Positions 8,743-21,107 are shown, numbered from the stretch's first letter. The stretch is 38,535 bases of DNA from Candidatus Methylomirabilia bacterium (GCA_041496385.1 JBGQEL010000034.1:1-38535), one strand, 5' to 3'. The notes: generated from the sequence alone by a model not told the origin. Numbers and translations: made by a program.

Positions 8743-11700
8743 CTAGTCCTTCAATTCGGGAGCGGCGATCGCGGCCGGACGTCCGAGCACGATGCGGATC
8801 CGGTGGGTCTTCGCGTCGGCGGCGAGAGGGATGCCCCCCGGAGCGTCGAGCGGGACATCGTCGAGCTCCATCGACGCGACGCCCCGGCTCACCCCCTGGG
8901 GATTCTCGACGACGATCGTGTAGCGCGCGGCCTGATGGCGAAATTCGATCGTGAAGCCCGGCCACGCGCGGGGGATGCAGGGATCGAGCACGAGTCGCGC
9001 GCCGCGCACGCGGAAGCCGAGGATCGATTCGAGCCCGGCCCGATACATCCACGCCGCCGAGCCCGTGTACCACGTCCAGCCTCCACGCCCGGTGTGCGGC
9101 GGCTCCGCGTAGACGTCCGCCGCGACGACGTACGGCTCGACCCGGTAGCGGGCGATGCGGGCCGGCGAGCTCGCGTGATTGATCGGGTTCAGCATCGCGA
9201 ACAGCTCGCCCGCCTTGTCCCCGTCGCCGAGCGCGGCGAAGGCCATCACCGACCAGAGCGCGGCATGGGTGTACTGGCCGCCGTTCTCCCGGACACCGGG
9301 CGGATACCCCTTGATGTAGCCGGGATCCAGGGCGGTGTCGTCGAACGGCGGGGTGAGGAGCACCGCGATCCGATCATCGCGACGAACCAGGTACTGGTCG
9401 GTCGCCGCCATCGCCCGGCGTCCGCGGTCGTCGGCCGCGACGCCCGAGAGCACGCTCCACGATTGCGCGATCGAATCGATGCGGCAGGCGTCATCGAGGG
9501 CGGAGCCCAGCGGCGTGCCGTCGTCGAAGTACGCGCGGCGATACCAGTCGCCGTCCCACCCGTCGCGCTCGAGGGAGGCGGCCAGGTCGCCGGCGTGACG
9601 GCGCCATGTGCGGGCGCGCTCGACGTCGCGCCCCTCGGCGAGGGTCGCCCACTGGGTGAGGACCGTGTGCAGGAACCAGCCGAGCCAGACGCTCTCGCCC
9701 TTGCCGTCGGCGCCGACACGGTTCATCCCGTCGTTCCAGTCGCCGGTCCCCATCAGCGGCAACCCGTGGGGACCGACCGCGAGGCTCCGATCGAGGGCGC
9801 GGGCGCAGTGCTCGAAGAGCGTGGCGCGCTCGCCGGACACGCGTGGCTCGAAATACGCTTCCGACTGCTCGTCGGATAGCGGCGGCGCGTCGAGAAACGG
9901 GACGAGCTCCTCCAGCAGGCCCCGGTCCTCGGTGACCTCGAGATACCGGCTGACCACGTAGGGCAGCCACAGCAGATCGTCCGAGATCCGGGTCCGGACG
10001 CCCCGACCGGCCGGCGGATGCCACCAGTGCTGCACGTCGCCCTCGGCGAACTGGCGGGCGGCGGCCCGGAGCACTTGTTGGCGCGCGAGGTCCGGCCGCG
10101 CCACCGTGACCGCCATCACGTCCTGGAGCTGATCGCGGAAGCCATAGGCGCCGCCCGCTTGATAGAACGCGGTGCGCGCCCACAGGCGGCAGGCGATCGT
10201 CTGATAGAGCAGCCAGCGATTGAGCAGGATGTCCATGGCCCGGTCGGGCGTCGTCACGCGCACCGTGTCCAGGATGTCGTCCCAGTGCGACACGACGGTT
10301 CGCAAATGCGCGTCGAGGTCACCCGCCCGGTACCGGACGATCAGCTCGCTCGCCTCCTCGTGTGACGCCGCCTCGCCGAGGAGCAGCACGATCTCGGCGC
10401 GCTCACCGGCCGCCAGCTCGAGCGTCGTCTGCAGCGCGCCGCACGGGTCGAGGCCGGGGCCGACCCGCCCGGAGAGTCGCTCGCCGCGCTCCAGCGCCGC
10501 GGGATGGTCGGCGGCGCCGTGACGCCCGAGGAACTCCGTGCGATCGCCCGTCCACGCCGTCTGCTTTCCGCCGAGGTCGGCGAACGCCACGCGCGTGCCG
10601 AAGTCGGCGCTCCACGCGTTGCGCGCGAGCAGCGCGCCGGTGGCCGCGTCGAGCTCGGTCACGACGAACGGCGCGCCGGTGCTGCGCGACACGCCGAGCG
10701 CCCACTCGACATAGGCGGTGACCGTCAGCTTACGCCGCCGACCCGACGTGTTCGTCACGCTCAGGCGGGAGATCTTGATCGGGTCGTCGAGGGGGACGAA
10801 CTGGAGCAGCCGCAGCGCGACGCCGTGGCCCACGCGCTCGAACCGGCTGTAGCCCTGGCCGTGTCGCGCCACGTAGGCGCCGCTCTCCTCGCGGATCGGC
10901 AGCGCCGTCGGCCCCCAGAGCTCGCCGGTCTCGTCGTCGCGGACGTAGAGCACCTCGCCCGGCGGGTCACTCACCGGGTCGTTGGACCACGCGGTGAGCT
11001 GGTGCTCCTGACTGTTGCCGGCCCACGCGTAGCCGGCGCCGGACTCGGACACCTGGAAGCCGAAGGCGGGATTGGCGATCACGTTGATCCACGGGGCGGG
11101 CGACCATTGTCCCGGCCCCAGGATCGTCGCGTATTCCCGGCCGTCCTCGGTGAAGCCGCCGAGACCGTTCCCGAACTCGAGCGCCGGCGGCGGGGCGGCG
11201 ACGTCCGGCGGCCGCCTGGCAGCGGGCTTGCGCCGCGCCGCCGCCGCCGGCACCGCCTCGGCGCGCACACGCATGACCTGCTCGGCCAGCGTCCCGCGGC
11301 GGCTCAGGAGCACAGCCCGGGCCGCCGACTGCAGCACGTCACGCTGCGGCGAGGTGATGTAGTCCGCGCGCACGATGAAGACGCTCCCGCGCGGCGCCGG
11401 GGCCGCCGGCAGCGCCGACTGGCTCGTGCGAACGACCGCCTCCAGCAGCGTCTGGAGATCCTGCACGTAGGACGGCGCCCGCTCGTTCACGATGACCAGG
11501 TCGACCGCGAGCTGCTTCATCCGCCAGTACTCGTGGGCGCGCAGGAGCTGTCGCACGATGCCGACGTCCTCGGGCTCGTCGATCCGGACCAGGACGATGG
11601 GAACGTCCCCCGAGATCCCGTGGGCCCACAGCCGGGGCGGGCCGCCGGCGTGCCGCGCCAGCACGTCGGCGGGCGGCCGCAGCGCGCGATCCGAGTAGAG

Positions 11701-14700
11701 AATGCGGCTGGCCAGGCTCTGGAAGAGATGCGCCTCGTCCGGCGGGATGCCGAGATGGTGGAGCTGCACCTGGGCCTGCGTCCAGGCGAGCGTGGCGGCC
11801 CGGTCGAAGGTCGCCGGATCGCGATACTTGTCGGCGAGCCCGAGCGCCTCGTCGCGCGACGGCGCGACGAGCGTCGAGAACGCGACGCGCACGGTGCGGC
11901 CCGGCAGGAGCCGTACCCGACGCCGAAGACTGACGATCGGGTCGAGGACCGCGCCGACCGTGTTGGTGAGCACGCCGCCCTCGAGGACCGCCCGCGGCGC
12001 CCGGATCCCCCGCCCCCGCCCCAGGAACTTCGCGCGGTCGGTCTCCCACTGCGGGGCGCCGACGACGTCGCCTTCCACCTGCACCACGTGGGCCAGCCAC
12101 AACGGGGCCTCGTCGGGCGACCGCGGGCGGCGGGTGGCGAGCAGCGCGTCCAGCTCGGGGACGCACTCCGTGTGAACGAACAGGTTCGAGAACGCCGGGT
12201 GCGCCGCATCGGCGGCCGGCGTGGCCAGCACGATCTCGGCGTACGACGTCAGCTCGATCTCGCGGGGCCTCGTCCCGAGGTTCGTGAGCGACACGCGGCG
12301 GATCTCCGCGTCGTCTTCGGGCGAGACGATCACCTCGAGCGCGGTGGTGATTCCGCCGTCACGGCGCACGATCTCCGCCCGGTCCTCCGCGAACGTCACC
12401 TCGTACCGCTCGGGCTCCCGGCCGCTCGGCTGGTAGCCGGCGGACCACGTGTCCCCGCTCCGGGTGTCGCGCAGGAAGATGTAGGTGCCGCCGACGTCAC
12501 GGGTGACGTCCTCCCGCCAGCGGGTGATGGCCAGATCGCGCCAGCGGCTGTACCCGGAGCCGGCGGCGGTCACCATCACGGCGTAGCGGCCGTTCGACAG
12601 CAGGTGCGTCCGGGGCATGGCGCTGTGCGGCGAGCTGAAGCGGCGCACGACGGTGGGCACGAACTCGCGGACGTCGGCGGTGCCGGTGACCTCTTCCGAG
12701 CGGGGCCGGGTGACGGCGACGTCGCGCGGGGTGCGTTCCTGGAGCAGGAGCTCGGTCGCCTGCACCCGGGGGTCGGCGTGGAAGCGCCCGCGCATCCGCC
12801 CGTGCTGCAGCGCGTTCGCGAGCGCGACGAGGACCATGCCCTGGTGGTGCGCCATGTACGTTCGCACGACGGCCACGCTCGTTCCCTCGGGAAGCCGCGC
12901 GGGCGTGTAGTCGAGGGCCTCGTAGAAGCCGTAGGGGCCGCCGGCGCCGGCGTCGGCGAGACGCCGGAAGTTCCGGAGGGCCGCGGTGGGATCGATCATC
13001 GCAGCCAGCGCGGTGGCGTACGGGGCGACGACGACGTCCTCGCTGAGCCCGCGCCGGAGCCCGAGTCCCGGCACCCCGAAGTTCGAGTACTGGTAGGTCA
13101 TCTCGAGATCGCGCACGAAATAGCCCGACTCCGAGACACCCCAGGGCACGCCGCGCTCGGCGCCGTACCGGATCTGACGGCCCACCGCGAGGCGCCCGGT
13201 CTGCTCGAGCAGGCTCCCCGCCGGCGCCCGCATCACGAGGGCCGGCATGAGGTACTCGAACATCGATCCCGACCAGGACACCAGCACCGAGTCCCGCTCC
13301 ACCGGCGTCAGGGCGCGGCCCAGGCGGAACCAGTGCGAGACCGGAGCCTCGCCCTTGGCGACGGCGAGGAAGCTGGTGAGACGGGCCTCGGAGGCGAGCA
13401 GGTCATAGCACCCCGGGTCGAGGCTGCCCTCGGCCACCCGATACCCGATCGAGAAGAGCTTGCGCGTGGGATCGAAGAGGAACGCGAAGTCCATGTCCGC
13501 GACCCACGCCCTCGCCTGCTCGGCGAGGGCGGTGAGACGCGCGCTCAGCGCCCCCGGCCCGACGAGCGCCCCATCGCGCGCGTGGCTCTCGACACACTGC
13601 CGCAGCGCCTCCGCCCAGGCGGCGACGGTCTGCGCGCTGTCGCCGTCCTCCTCGACGAGCGCGCGTGCGATGGCGCTCACCATGCGGGCGCCGGCGTCCA
13701 GCTCGGCGAATCGGACGGTCCACACGGCCGGTGTCGGGGGAATCGTCTCGAGGGCGGCGGTGACGGCGCCGAGCGCGCTGGCCAGACGCTGTCCCGTGAC
13801 CGTATGCCGCGGGTCGTCGGCCAGCGCGCGGGCCGACTCCCGGACGAGGAGGGCCGTGTCCTCGATCCCCGCCAGCATGGTGGCGCCGCGCAGCGGCTGC
13901 TCGATCATCTCGCGACACGCGGCATCGAGCGCGAGCAGATGGCCGGCGAGATTGCCGCTGTCGACGGACGACACGTACCGGGGATCGAGCGGGCGGCCGT
14001 CGCGGGTGTCGTACCAGTTGTAGAAGTGGCCGCGGAAGCGGTCGAGCCGGGCCATCGTCGCGAAGGTGGCCTCCAGCCGCTCGACGGTGTCGACGGCCCC
14101 GAGCCAGCCGAAATCGTGGGCCACCACCGTCGAGAGCAGGTACAGGCCGAGGTTCGTGGGCGAGGTTCGGTGCGCGACCACGGGGTGCGGATCTTCCTGG
14201 AAGTTGTCGGGCGGCAGCGCCTGGTCCTCGGCCCCGACGAACGTGGTGAAGAAGCGCCACGTCCGGCGGGCGATCAACCGGAGCGCCCGCGCGTCCTCGG
14301 CGGAGAGCGGGATCGTCTGCGGGCCGAGCGACGGCAGGCTGATCCAGCGGGCCGCGACCGGCGCGGTGATCCAGAGCAACAGCAGGGGCAGCGCGACCGG
14401 CCACGAGGCCCATCGCCCCCACGCGACGACGGCGGCCACCGCCCCCGCGAGCACGACGCCCCCGCCCATGCGCTGGTAGAAGCCGCGCAGGTCGAGGCGC
14501 AGACCGGCCTTGGCCTGCGCGGCGGTCACCCATTCCAGGAGTCGGCGGCGCGTCACGTACATCCGGACCAGGGTCCGCACGATCGCGTCGCCCATCAGCC
14601 ACGCCTGGTGCGCGAGCATCGTCGTCACGAACACCGCCTGCGACGCCGCCAGGAACAGGTCCCGACCGACGGCACGGACGTGGCTGCGCTTGGAAATGCC

Positions 14701-17274
14701 CCGCCCGCGGGGGATCGCACCGGTCAGGACCGGCGGCAGCGTGGGGAGCGCGATCATCGCGAGGACGAACGCGGTCCAGACGGCCGGCGAGGCGCCCGGC
14801 AGCGTCCATCCGGCCACGAGCGTCAGCAAGGCGGCGGGGGCCGACAGTGTCCGGCGCAGGTTGTCGAGCATCTTCCAGCGCCCGATCACGGGAACCGCGC
14901 GCGCGCGGCGGCCGAGGATCCACGGAAGGAGCTGCCAGTCGCCGCGCGCCCAGCGGTGCTGGCGGGCGGCGGCCACGCCGTAGTGCGACGGCGCATGCTC
15001 GAACAGCTCGACGTCGGTGACGAGGCCGGCGCGTGTGAAGATACCCTCGAAGAGATCGTGGCTCAGCAGCGCGTTCTCGGGGACGCGTCCGGCCAGGGCC
15101 GCCTCGAACGCATCGACGTCGTAGATCCCCTTGCCGGTGTACGAGCCCTCCCCGAAGAGGTCCTGGTACACGTCGGAGACCGTCGCCGCGTAGGGGTCGA
15201 CGCCCGACGGCCCCGACGACAATCGCTGGAACCGCGAGCTCTCACCGCCGGGCAGCGGCGGCGTGACCCGCGGCTGCAGCACGGCGTACCCGTCCACGAC
15301 CCGGCCGCTCGGGCCATCGAACCGCGGGTGATTCAGCGGATGCGCCATCGTGCCCACCAGGCGGTTGACGGCTTCGCGCGGCAGCTGGGTGTCGGCGTCG
15401 AGCGTGATGACATAACGGACGCCCGGCGGGACACCGGCGCCGCCATCCCCGTCACGCAGAAACGTCGTATCGGTCGCCCCGCGGAGCAGGCGATTCAGCT
15501 CGTGCAGCTTCCCGCGCTTGCGCTCCCATCCCATCCACGCCTGCTGGCCCTCGTTCCAGATCCGCCGGCGGTGGAAGAGGAAGAAGCGGGCGCCGCCGTC
15601 GGGGGCCGGTCCGTGCCGGTGATTCAGACGGACGATCGCCTCGCGCGCGGCGGCGAGCGTCGCCTCGTCACCGGGGACGCGCTCCTCCCGCGCGTCATTC
15701 CAGTCGGAGAGGATGGCAAACCGAACGTCGCCGTCGGGATTGGCCAGGTAGTGCACCTCGAGCCGCTCGACCTGCTCGTCGATCTCGACGCGGGTGGTCA
15801 GGAGTGTCGGAATGGCGATCATCGTCCGCAGCGCCGACGGCACGCCGTCCCGCAGCTCGAGGCGCGGCAGCACCCGGGGTGGCAGGACCGCCGATACCAT
15901 CCGATTCAGGAGGGCGATGGCCAGATCGGAGGCGGGGACGAGGGCAAGGAGTCCGAGCAGGAGCAGGGTCGCACGTCCGGCTCCGGCGGCGCCGCTCAGG
16001 ACGAGGGGCGGGAGGAGGATGAAGGCGGTGAGGACCAGGATGGTCCCGAGATACCCCGGCGTCGCCCCGGCGACATACGCGCGAAGCAGTCGGCGGCCCG
16101 GGGACGCGCGGAATCCGAGCGCCCGCTCGAACTCCGATCGTCCCTTCCGGATGAGATAGTAGCCGGGCTCGTGGCGCCGGGCGTCGTCCGAATCGTCGCC
16201 GACGGCCGCCGTCGCCGCCGCCTGCCGCGCGTGGACGGTGGCCGCGCGGGCGACCTCGACCTCGGATCGCCGCGAGCCGCGCGCCAGGTCCTCGATGGCA
16301 TGCCGGTAGACGTCGCGCGTCTTGAAATCCATCGCGCCGTACGTGTCCCCCGCGTGCAGGGCCTCGTCGACGAGGCTGACGCTCTCGAAGAACGCCGCCC
16401 AGTCGAGGGCGGACATCAGGCTCATGCTCAGGATCACGTTCCGGACGGTCACGTTCATGGCCGCCTGGCGCTGATGCTCGACCCGGACGATGTCGTCGGC
16501 CGTCGTCCCCTGCGCGGCGAGGCGCTCGTCGAGCCACACGAGCGCGGGCGTCACGGCGGGATCCTGCTCGCGCAGGCGCTGGACGAGCTGCACCGCGAAG
16601 GCCGTCGCGAGCGGGCCGTCCCCGACCCAGGTCAGATCGGTCCGCGACGGGTCGGGGGGGCCGCCGTCGAGGCCGAGCACGTCATCCGCGAGGGCGTCGG
16701 CCTCCTGGCGGGCCGCACGCCCGCGGACGATGGCCTCGGCCAGCCGCCGAAGATTCTCGACGAGCACGACGCGCAGCGTGATCGCCACCGCCCAGAGCTC
16801 GCCGATGGTGAGCGGTTGCACGCGCTGGTAGGCGCGTACGAACCGGCGGAGGGTGTCGGGATCCAGGCGGCTATCGGTGTGCGCGACGAACGCCCAGGCG
16901 AGCCCGTAGACGCGCGGATAGCCCGCGAAGGGGCCGTCGGCGAGCTTGGGCAGCTCGCGATAGAACCCGGGCGGGAGATCGTCCCGGATCTCCCGCAGCT
17001 GCTCGTCCACGACGTGGAAGTTGTCGACGAGCCATTCCGCCGCCGGCGTGATGGCGCGCTCCTCCCGGATGGCCCGGGCAATGACGCGGTAGGCCGCGCG
17101 CAGCACGCGGCCGTTGTCCTCGACGCGCGGCAGCAGGCGACGGCCCTTGGCCGCGCGCAGGACGGGCTGGGCGGCGGCCAGGCTCTCGGCGTGCTGCTCG
17201 AGCCGCTCGATGCCGAACAGCTCCGCCCGAATCGGCTCTTCGGGCGGCGACAGGACCGTCAGGGGCGTGCGCAT
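8743..17274 (-). CDS. ndvB: Cyclic beta-1,2-glucan synthase (GT84, glucoamylase-like cyclization domain, GH94 phosphorylase)
   Basis: About 2840 aa from ATG 17274. PIRAELF, WERKRGKL, TLDAD, LSHDLFEG, QHRWARGDWQ, SWSGSMFEYLMP, GDWNDGMN, RENGGQYTH. No internal stop. Confidence 0.95.
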   Translation of the reverse strand: MRTPLTVLSPPEEPIRAELFGIERLEQHAESLAAAQPVLRAAKGRRLLPRVEDNGRVLRAAYRVIARAIREERAITPAAEWLVDNFHVVDEQLREIRDDLPPGFYRELPKLADGPFAGYPRVYGLAWAFVAHTDSRLDPDTLRRFVRAYQRVQPLTIGELWAVAITLRVVLVENLRRLAEAIVRGRAARQEADALADDVLGLDGGPPDPSRTDLTWVGDGPLATAFAVQLVQRLREQDPAVTPALVWLDERLAAQGTTADDIVRVEHQRQAAMNVTVRNVILSMSLMSALDWAAFFESVSLVDEALHAGDTYGAMDFKTRDVYRHAIEDLARGSRRSEVEVARAATVHARQAAATAAVGDDSDDARRHEPGYYLIRKGRSEFERALGFRASPGRRLLRAYVAGATPGYLGTILVLTAFILLPPLVLSGAAGAGRATLLLLGLLALVPASDLAIALLNRMVSAVLPPRVLPRLELRDGVPSALRTMIAIPTLLTTRVEIDEQVERLEVHYLANPDGDVRFAILSDWNDAREERVPGDEATLAAAREAIVRLNHRHGPAPDGGARFFLFHRRRIWNEGQQAWMGWERKRGKLHELNRLLRGATDTTFLRDGDGGAGVPPGVRYVITLDADTQLPREAVNRLVGTMAHPLNHPRFDGPSGRVVDGYAVLQPRVTPPLPGGESSRFQRLSSGPSGVDPYAATVSDVYQDLFGEGSYTGKGIYDVDAFEAALAGRVPENALLSHDLFEGIFTRAGLVTDVELFEHAPSHYGVAAARQHRWARGDWQLLPWILGRRARAVPVIGRWKMLDNLRRTLSAPAALLTLVAGWTLPGASPAVWTAFVLAMIALPTLPPVLTGAIPRGRGISKRSHVRAVGRDLFLAASQAVFVTTMLAHQAWLMGDAIVRTLVRMYVTRRRLLEWVTAAQAKAGLRLDLRGFYQRMGGGVVLAGAVAAVVAWGRWASWPVALPLLLLWITAPVAARWISLPSLGPQTIPLSAEDARALRLIARRTWRFFTTFVGAEDQALPPDNFQEDPHPVVAHRTSPTNLGLYLLSTVVAHDFGWLGAVDTVERLEATFATMARLDRFRGHFYNWYDTRDGRPLDPRYVSSVDSGNLAGHLLALDAACREMIEQPLRGATMLAGIEDTALLVRESARALADDPRHTVTGQRLASALGAVTAALETIPPTPAVWTVRFAELDAGARMVSAIARALVEEDGDSAQTVAAWAEALRQCVESHARDGALVGPGALSARLTALAEQARAWVADMDFAFLFDPTRKLFSIGYRVAEGSLDPGCYDLLASEARLTSFLAVAKGEAPVSHWFRLGRALTPVERDSVLVSWSGSMFEYLMPALVMRAPAGSLLEQTGRLAVGRQIRYGAERGVPWGVSESGYFVRDLEMTYQYSNFGVPGLGLRRGLSEDVVVAPYATALAAMIDPTAALRNFRRLADAGAGGPYGFYEALDYTPARLPEGTSVAVVRTYMAHHQGMVLVALANALQHGRMRGRFHADPRVQATELLLQERTPRDVAVTRPRSEEVTGTADVREFVPTVVRRFSSPHSAMPRTHLLSNGRYAVMVTAAGSGYSRWRDLAITRWREDVTRDVGGTYIFLRDTRSGDTWSAGYQPSGREPERYEVTFAEDRAEIVRRDGGITTALEVIVSPEDDAEIRRVSLTNLGTRPREIELTSYAEIVLATPAADAAHPAFSNLFVHTECVPELDALLATRRPRSPDEAPLWLAHVVQVEGDVVGAPQWETDRAKFLGRGRGIRAPRAVLEGGVLTNTVGAVLDPIVSLRRRVRLLPGRTVRVAFSTLVAPSRDEALGLADKYRDPATFDRAATLAWTQAQVQLHHLGIPPDEAHLFQSLASRILYSDRALRPPADVLARHAGGPPRLWAHGISGDVPIVLVRIDEPEDVGIVRQLLRAHEYWRMKQLAVDLVIVNERAPSYVQDLQTLLEAVVRTSQSALPAAPAPRGSVFIVRADYITSPQRDVLQSAARAVLLSRRGTLAEQVMRVRAEAVPAAAARRKPAARRPPDVAAPPPALEFGNGLGGFTEDGREYATILGPGQWSPAPWINVIANPAFGFQVSESGAGYAWAGNSQEHQLTAWSNDPVSDPPGEVLYVRDDETGELWGPTALPIREESGAYVARHGQGYSRFERVGHGVALRLLQFVPLDDPIKISRLSVTNTSGRRRKLTVTAYVEWALGVSRSTGAPFVVTELDAATGALLARNAWSADFGTRVAFADLGGKQTAWTGDRTEFLGRHGAADHPAALERGERLSGRVGPGLDPCGALQTTLELAAGERAEIVLLLGEAASHEEASELIVRYRAGDLDAHLRTVVSHWDDILDTVRVTTPDRAMDILLNRWLLYQTIACRLWARTAFYQAGGAYGFRDQLQDVMAVTVARPDLARQQVLRAAARQFAEGDVQHWWHPPAGRGVRTRISDDLLWLPYVVSRYLEVTEDRGLLEELVPFLDAPPLSDEQSEAYFEPRVSGERATLFEHCARALDRSLAVGPHGLPLMGTGDWNDGMNRVGADGKGESVWLGWFLHTVLTQWATLAEGRDVERARTWRRHAGDLAASLERDGWDGDWYRRAYFDDGTPLGSALDDACRIDSIAQSWSVLSGVAADDRGRRAMAATDQYLVRRDDRIAVLLTPPFDDTALDPGYIKGYPPGVRENGGQYTHAALWSVMAFAALGDGDKAGELFAMLNPINHASSPARIARYRVEPYVVAADVYAEPPHTGRGGWTWYTGSAAWMYRAGLESILGFRVRGARLVLDPCIPRAWPGFTIEFRHQAARYTIVVENPQGVSRGVASMELDDVPLDAPGGIPLAADAKTHRIRIVLGRPAAIAAPELKD

Positions 17275-17308
17275 CGAGCGACTCCCGGGGGGCGGTGGTC
17301 CGGCGGAC

Positions 17309-17470
17309 CTACTGCAGCTGCCGGAATCGGCGCGCGCGCGCGACCTGCAGGCGCTTGCGGGCCTCCAGGAACCCCGGCTGGCGCTTCGGGTGCAGCTCAC
17401 CGTGGGTCCGGACGAGGCGCTGCACGGTCAGGTCGATCCGCCTGAGCGTCGAATCGGTTGAGGCGTTCAC
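17309..17470 (-). CDS. 53-aa basic hypothetical protein (not in ORF track)
   Basis: GGAGAAG RBS, then GTG: MNASTDSTLRRIDLTVQRLVRTHGELHPKRQPGFLEARKRLQVARARRFRQLQ*. It fills the gap in the operon. Confidence 0.55.
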   Translation of the reverse strand: MNASTDSTLRRIDLTVQRLVRTHGELHPKRQPGFLEARKRLQVARARRFRQLQ

Positions 17471-17492
17471 TGGTCTTCTCCGATCTGGCTCT

Positions 17493-17975
17493 CTACTTCG
17501 TTTCGGTGATGCGCACGGCGAAATTCATGGTCTCTTCCCGGTACGGCGACGGGATGTACGCGAGCTCGAGGCGGATCTGCGCCAGCCTCTTCGCCTTCAG
17601 CGCCTCGGCGGGGAAGTCCACGCCGAGGGACTCCACCGTCTCCTGCCCGGGATCCAGCCGCTCGCTGCGGCTGAATTTCAGGACGGGCTCGGGCCGACCG
17701 TCCTCGAGCGCGATCGGCTGTCCGTGGTCGTCGATGTACGTGAGCTTCGCGCCGACGAGGCGAACGGTGTGACTCGACGAGTTGTTCCTCAAGACGAGCC
17801 TCGCCGTGAGCCGTGCCGCCGACGCGACGCGGCCGGACTCCTGCTCGACCCGCTCGGTGACCTTCATCGCGGTGAACTCGGCCGTGACCATCCCGCCCGT
17901 CACCGTCAGCGCAGCCGGCGTCACCGTGTAGATCCTGTCCTCGATGACCGCCGCGGTCGTCGCCGGCAGCATCAC
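17493..17975 (-). CDS. Hypothetical beta-rich protein
   Basis: 160-aa ORF with normal composition. Its start overlaps the gntR stop (GTGATG). Confidence 0.75.
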   Translation of the reverse strand: MMLPATTAAVIEDRIYTVTPAALTVTGGMVTAEFTAMKVTERVEQESGRVASAARLTARLVLRNNSSSHTVRLVGAKLTYIDDHGQPIALEDGRPEPVLKFSRSERLDPGQETVESLGVDFPAEALKAKRLAQIRLELAYIPSPYREETMNFAVRITETK

Positions 17976-19021
17976 TTCCCTCGCGCCGTCGCCCGCGGCG
18001 AGGCGGGCCGGCGTGGGCGATCGCCGGACGGGCGAAGGCCCGGCTGCGCCGGGGCGTCGCCGTCCTGCCGCACCAGCAGGTCCGCGAGCATTTCGATCGC
18101 GCGCTGGTCCAGGGCCCGATCATCGACGATCACCTGCACCGTGGCGCCCGCGAGCATGCGGACGCGCTCGACCACCGACGTCGAGCAGACGATGACGTCC
18201 ACCCGCCGCACCAGGCGACCGAGCGCGGGTCCCTCGGCGGGGCAGACCCCCGCGAGGACGATGTTCGGAAGGGCGGCGTTCGCGATCGAGTGCTCCAGAT
18301 TGTGGGCCGTCTCGGCGGCGGCGGAGACCACACCCACGCGCGTTCCGGGCGGGCACTGGGCCAGCTGGTGGAGGGTCTCCAGATGCGCCTCGGCCAGCAG
18401 CGCGATCACCGGGACCCCGCGCCCCTTCAGCAGCCGCTCCACCTGCGGGAGATGGCAGAAGCTCGTCACCGCCGCCCGCCAGTGACCGGCCTGCTTCTGG
18501 CGCCGCACGACCGTCGCCAGATCGTCGAGCAGCACCTTGTCGACGCGGACAGGGAGGTGGCCCTCCAGCTCGCCGGCGAAGAAGTCCAGCTCCGGCGGAC
18601 TGCACTCCACCAGGAGGACCTGCAGCGCCCCGTGGACGGCAGGGGGCCGGACCGCGGCCACGCTCAGCACGCCCACCGCCACGTCGTCCGCCGTCATCCC
18701 GAGCGTCGCCGCGCGGATCACGACGTCGTGCAGCAGTCGCTGGCGCAGGTGCGGCGACGGGCGGGCGGGCGGCGCCGGGGCCACGAACACGCCCGCCCCC
18801 CGCCGGGCCTCGACGTATCCCCCCTGCTTGAGATCATCGATCGCCCGCGCGACCGTGTTCGGGTTGATGCCGAGGAAGCCGGCGAGCTCCCGGATGCTGG
18901 GCAGCGCCTCCTCGCGCGGGACGCTGCCGCCCTCGATCAGATGCTTGAGCTGCTCGCTCAGCTGGCGCCGGATCGGGATCGAGCTGCGCGCGTCGATCTT
19001 CAGGCTGAGCGCGGGTCTCAC
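17972..19021 (-). CDS. GntR family regulator (YtrA/PlmA-like wHTH plus large C-terminal effector region)
   Basis: SSIPIRRQL...LPSIRELAGFLGINPNTVARAIDDL...GAGVFV. 349 aa. Confidence 0.92.
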   Translation of the reverse strand: MRPALSLKIDARSSIPIRRQLSEQLKHLIEGGSVPREEALPSIRELAGFLGINPNTVARAIDDLKQGGYVEARRGAGVFVAPAPPARPSPHLRQRLLHDVVIRAATLGMTADDVAVGVLSVAAVRPPAVHGALQVLLVECSPPELDFFAGELEGHLPVRVDKVLLDDLATVVRRQKQAGHWRAAVTSFCHLPQVERLLKGRGVPVIALLAEAHLETLHQLAQCPPGTRVGVVSAAAETAHNLEHSIANAALPNIVLAGVCPAEGPALGRLVRRVDVIVCSTSVVERVRMLAGATVQVIVDDRALDQRAIEMLADLLVRQDGDAPAQPGLRPSGDRPRRPASPRATARGK

Positions 19022-19068
19022 TGTATGACCATACTAGTACAGTGACCGCGCGGCTGTCAACTGTACTA
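19021..19068. promoter_or_regulatory. gntR promoter (TTGACA-N18-TAGTAT on -) overlapped by operator CTGTATGACCATACTAGTACAG (19021-19042), plus half-site CTGTACTA (19061-19068)
   Basis: Read directly. Matches the boxes at 21374 and 21414. Confidence 0.8.
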
Positions 19069-19123
19069 CCCGGGTGACACGCTGCGGGCGCCCCACCGCG
19101 ACGCGCTCGACCACACCCCGGAT

Positions 19124-19300
19124 CTAGTCCGGACCGCGCGCCTCCAGCACCGAGACCACGGATACTTCGACGACGTCCCCGGAGGGCTCGCGAAAGCTCT
19201 CGGTGTAGCCGGCCGCGCCGTCCCGCGGGGCCGGCCGCGCCCGCCCGTCCGCCTCGTCTCGTTTCGACCGCGAACTGATCGGCCCGGACCCTTCTCTCAT
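19124..19300 (-). CDS. Possible 58-aa hypothetical protein after ftsH
   Basis: GGAGG lies 7 nt before ATG 19300. Open to TAG at 19124. No recognisable domain. Confidence 0.35.
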   Translation of the reverse strand: MREGSGPISSRSKRDEADGRARPAPRDGAAGYTESFREPSGDVVEVSVVSVLEARGPD

Positions 19301-19302
19301 GG

Positions 19303-21096
<1,794 letters not shown>

Positions 21097-21107
21097 CGCG
21101 TGGGTCG

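Noticed and set aside
10504..17445. 2313-aa plus-strand ORF
   Set aside because: Antisense shadow of cgs produced by high-GC codon bias. Arg/Gly/Ala/His-rich with no domain motifs.
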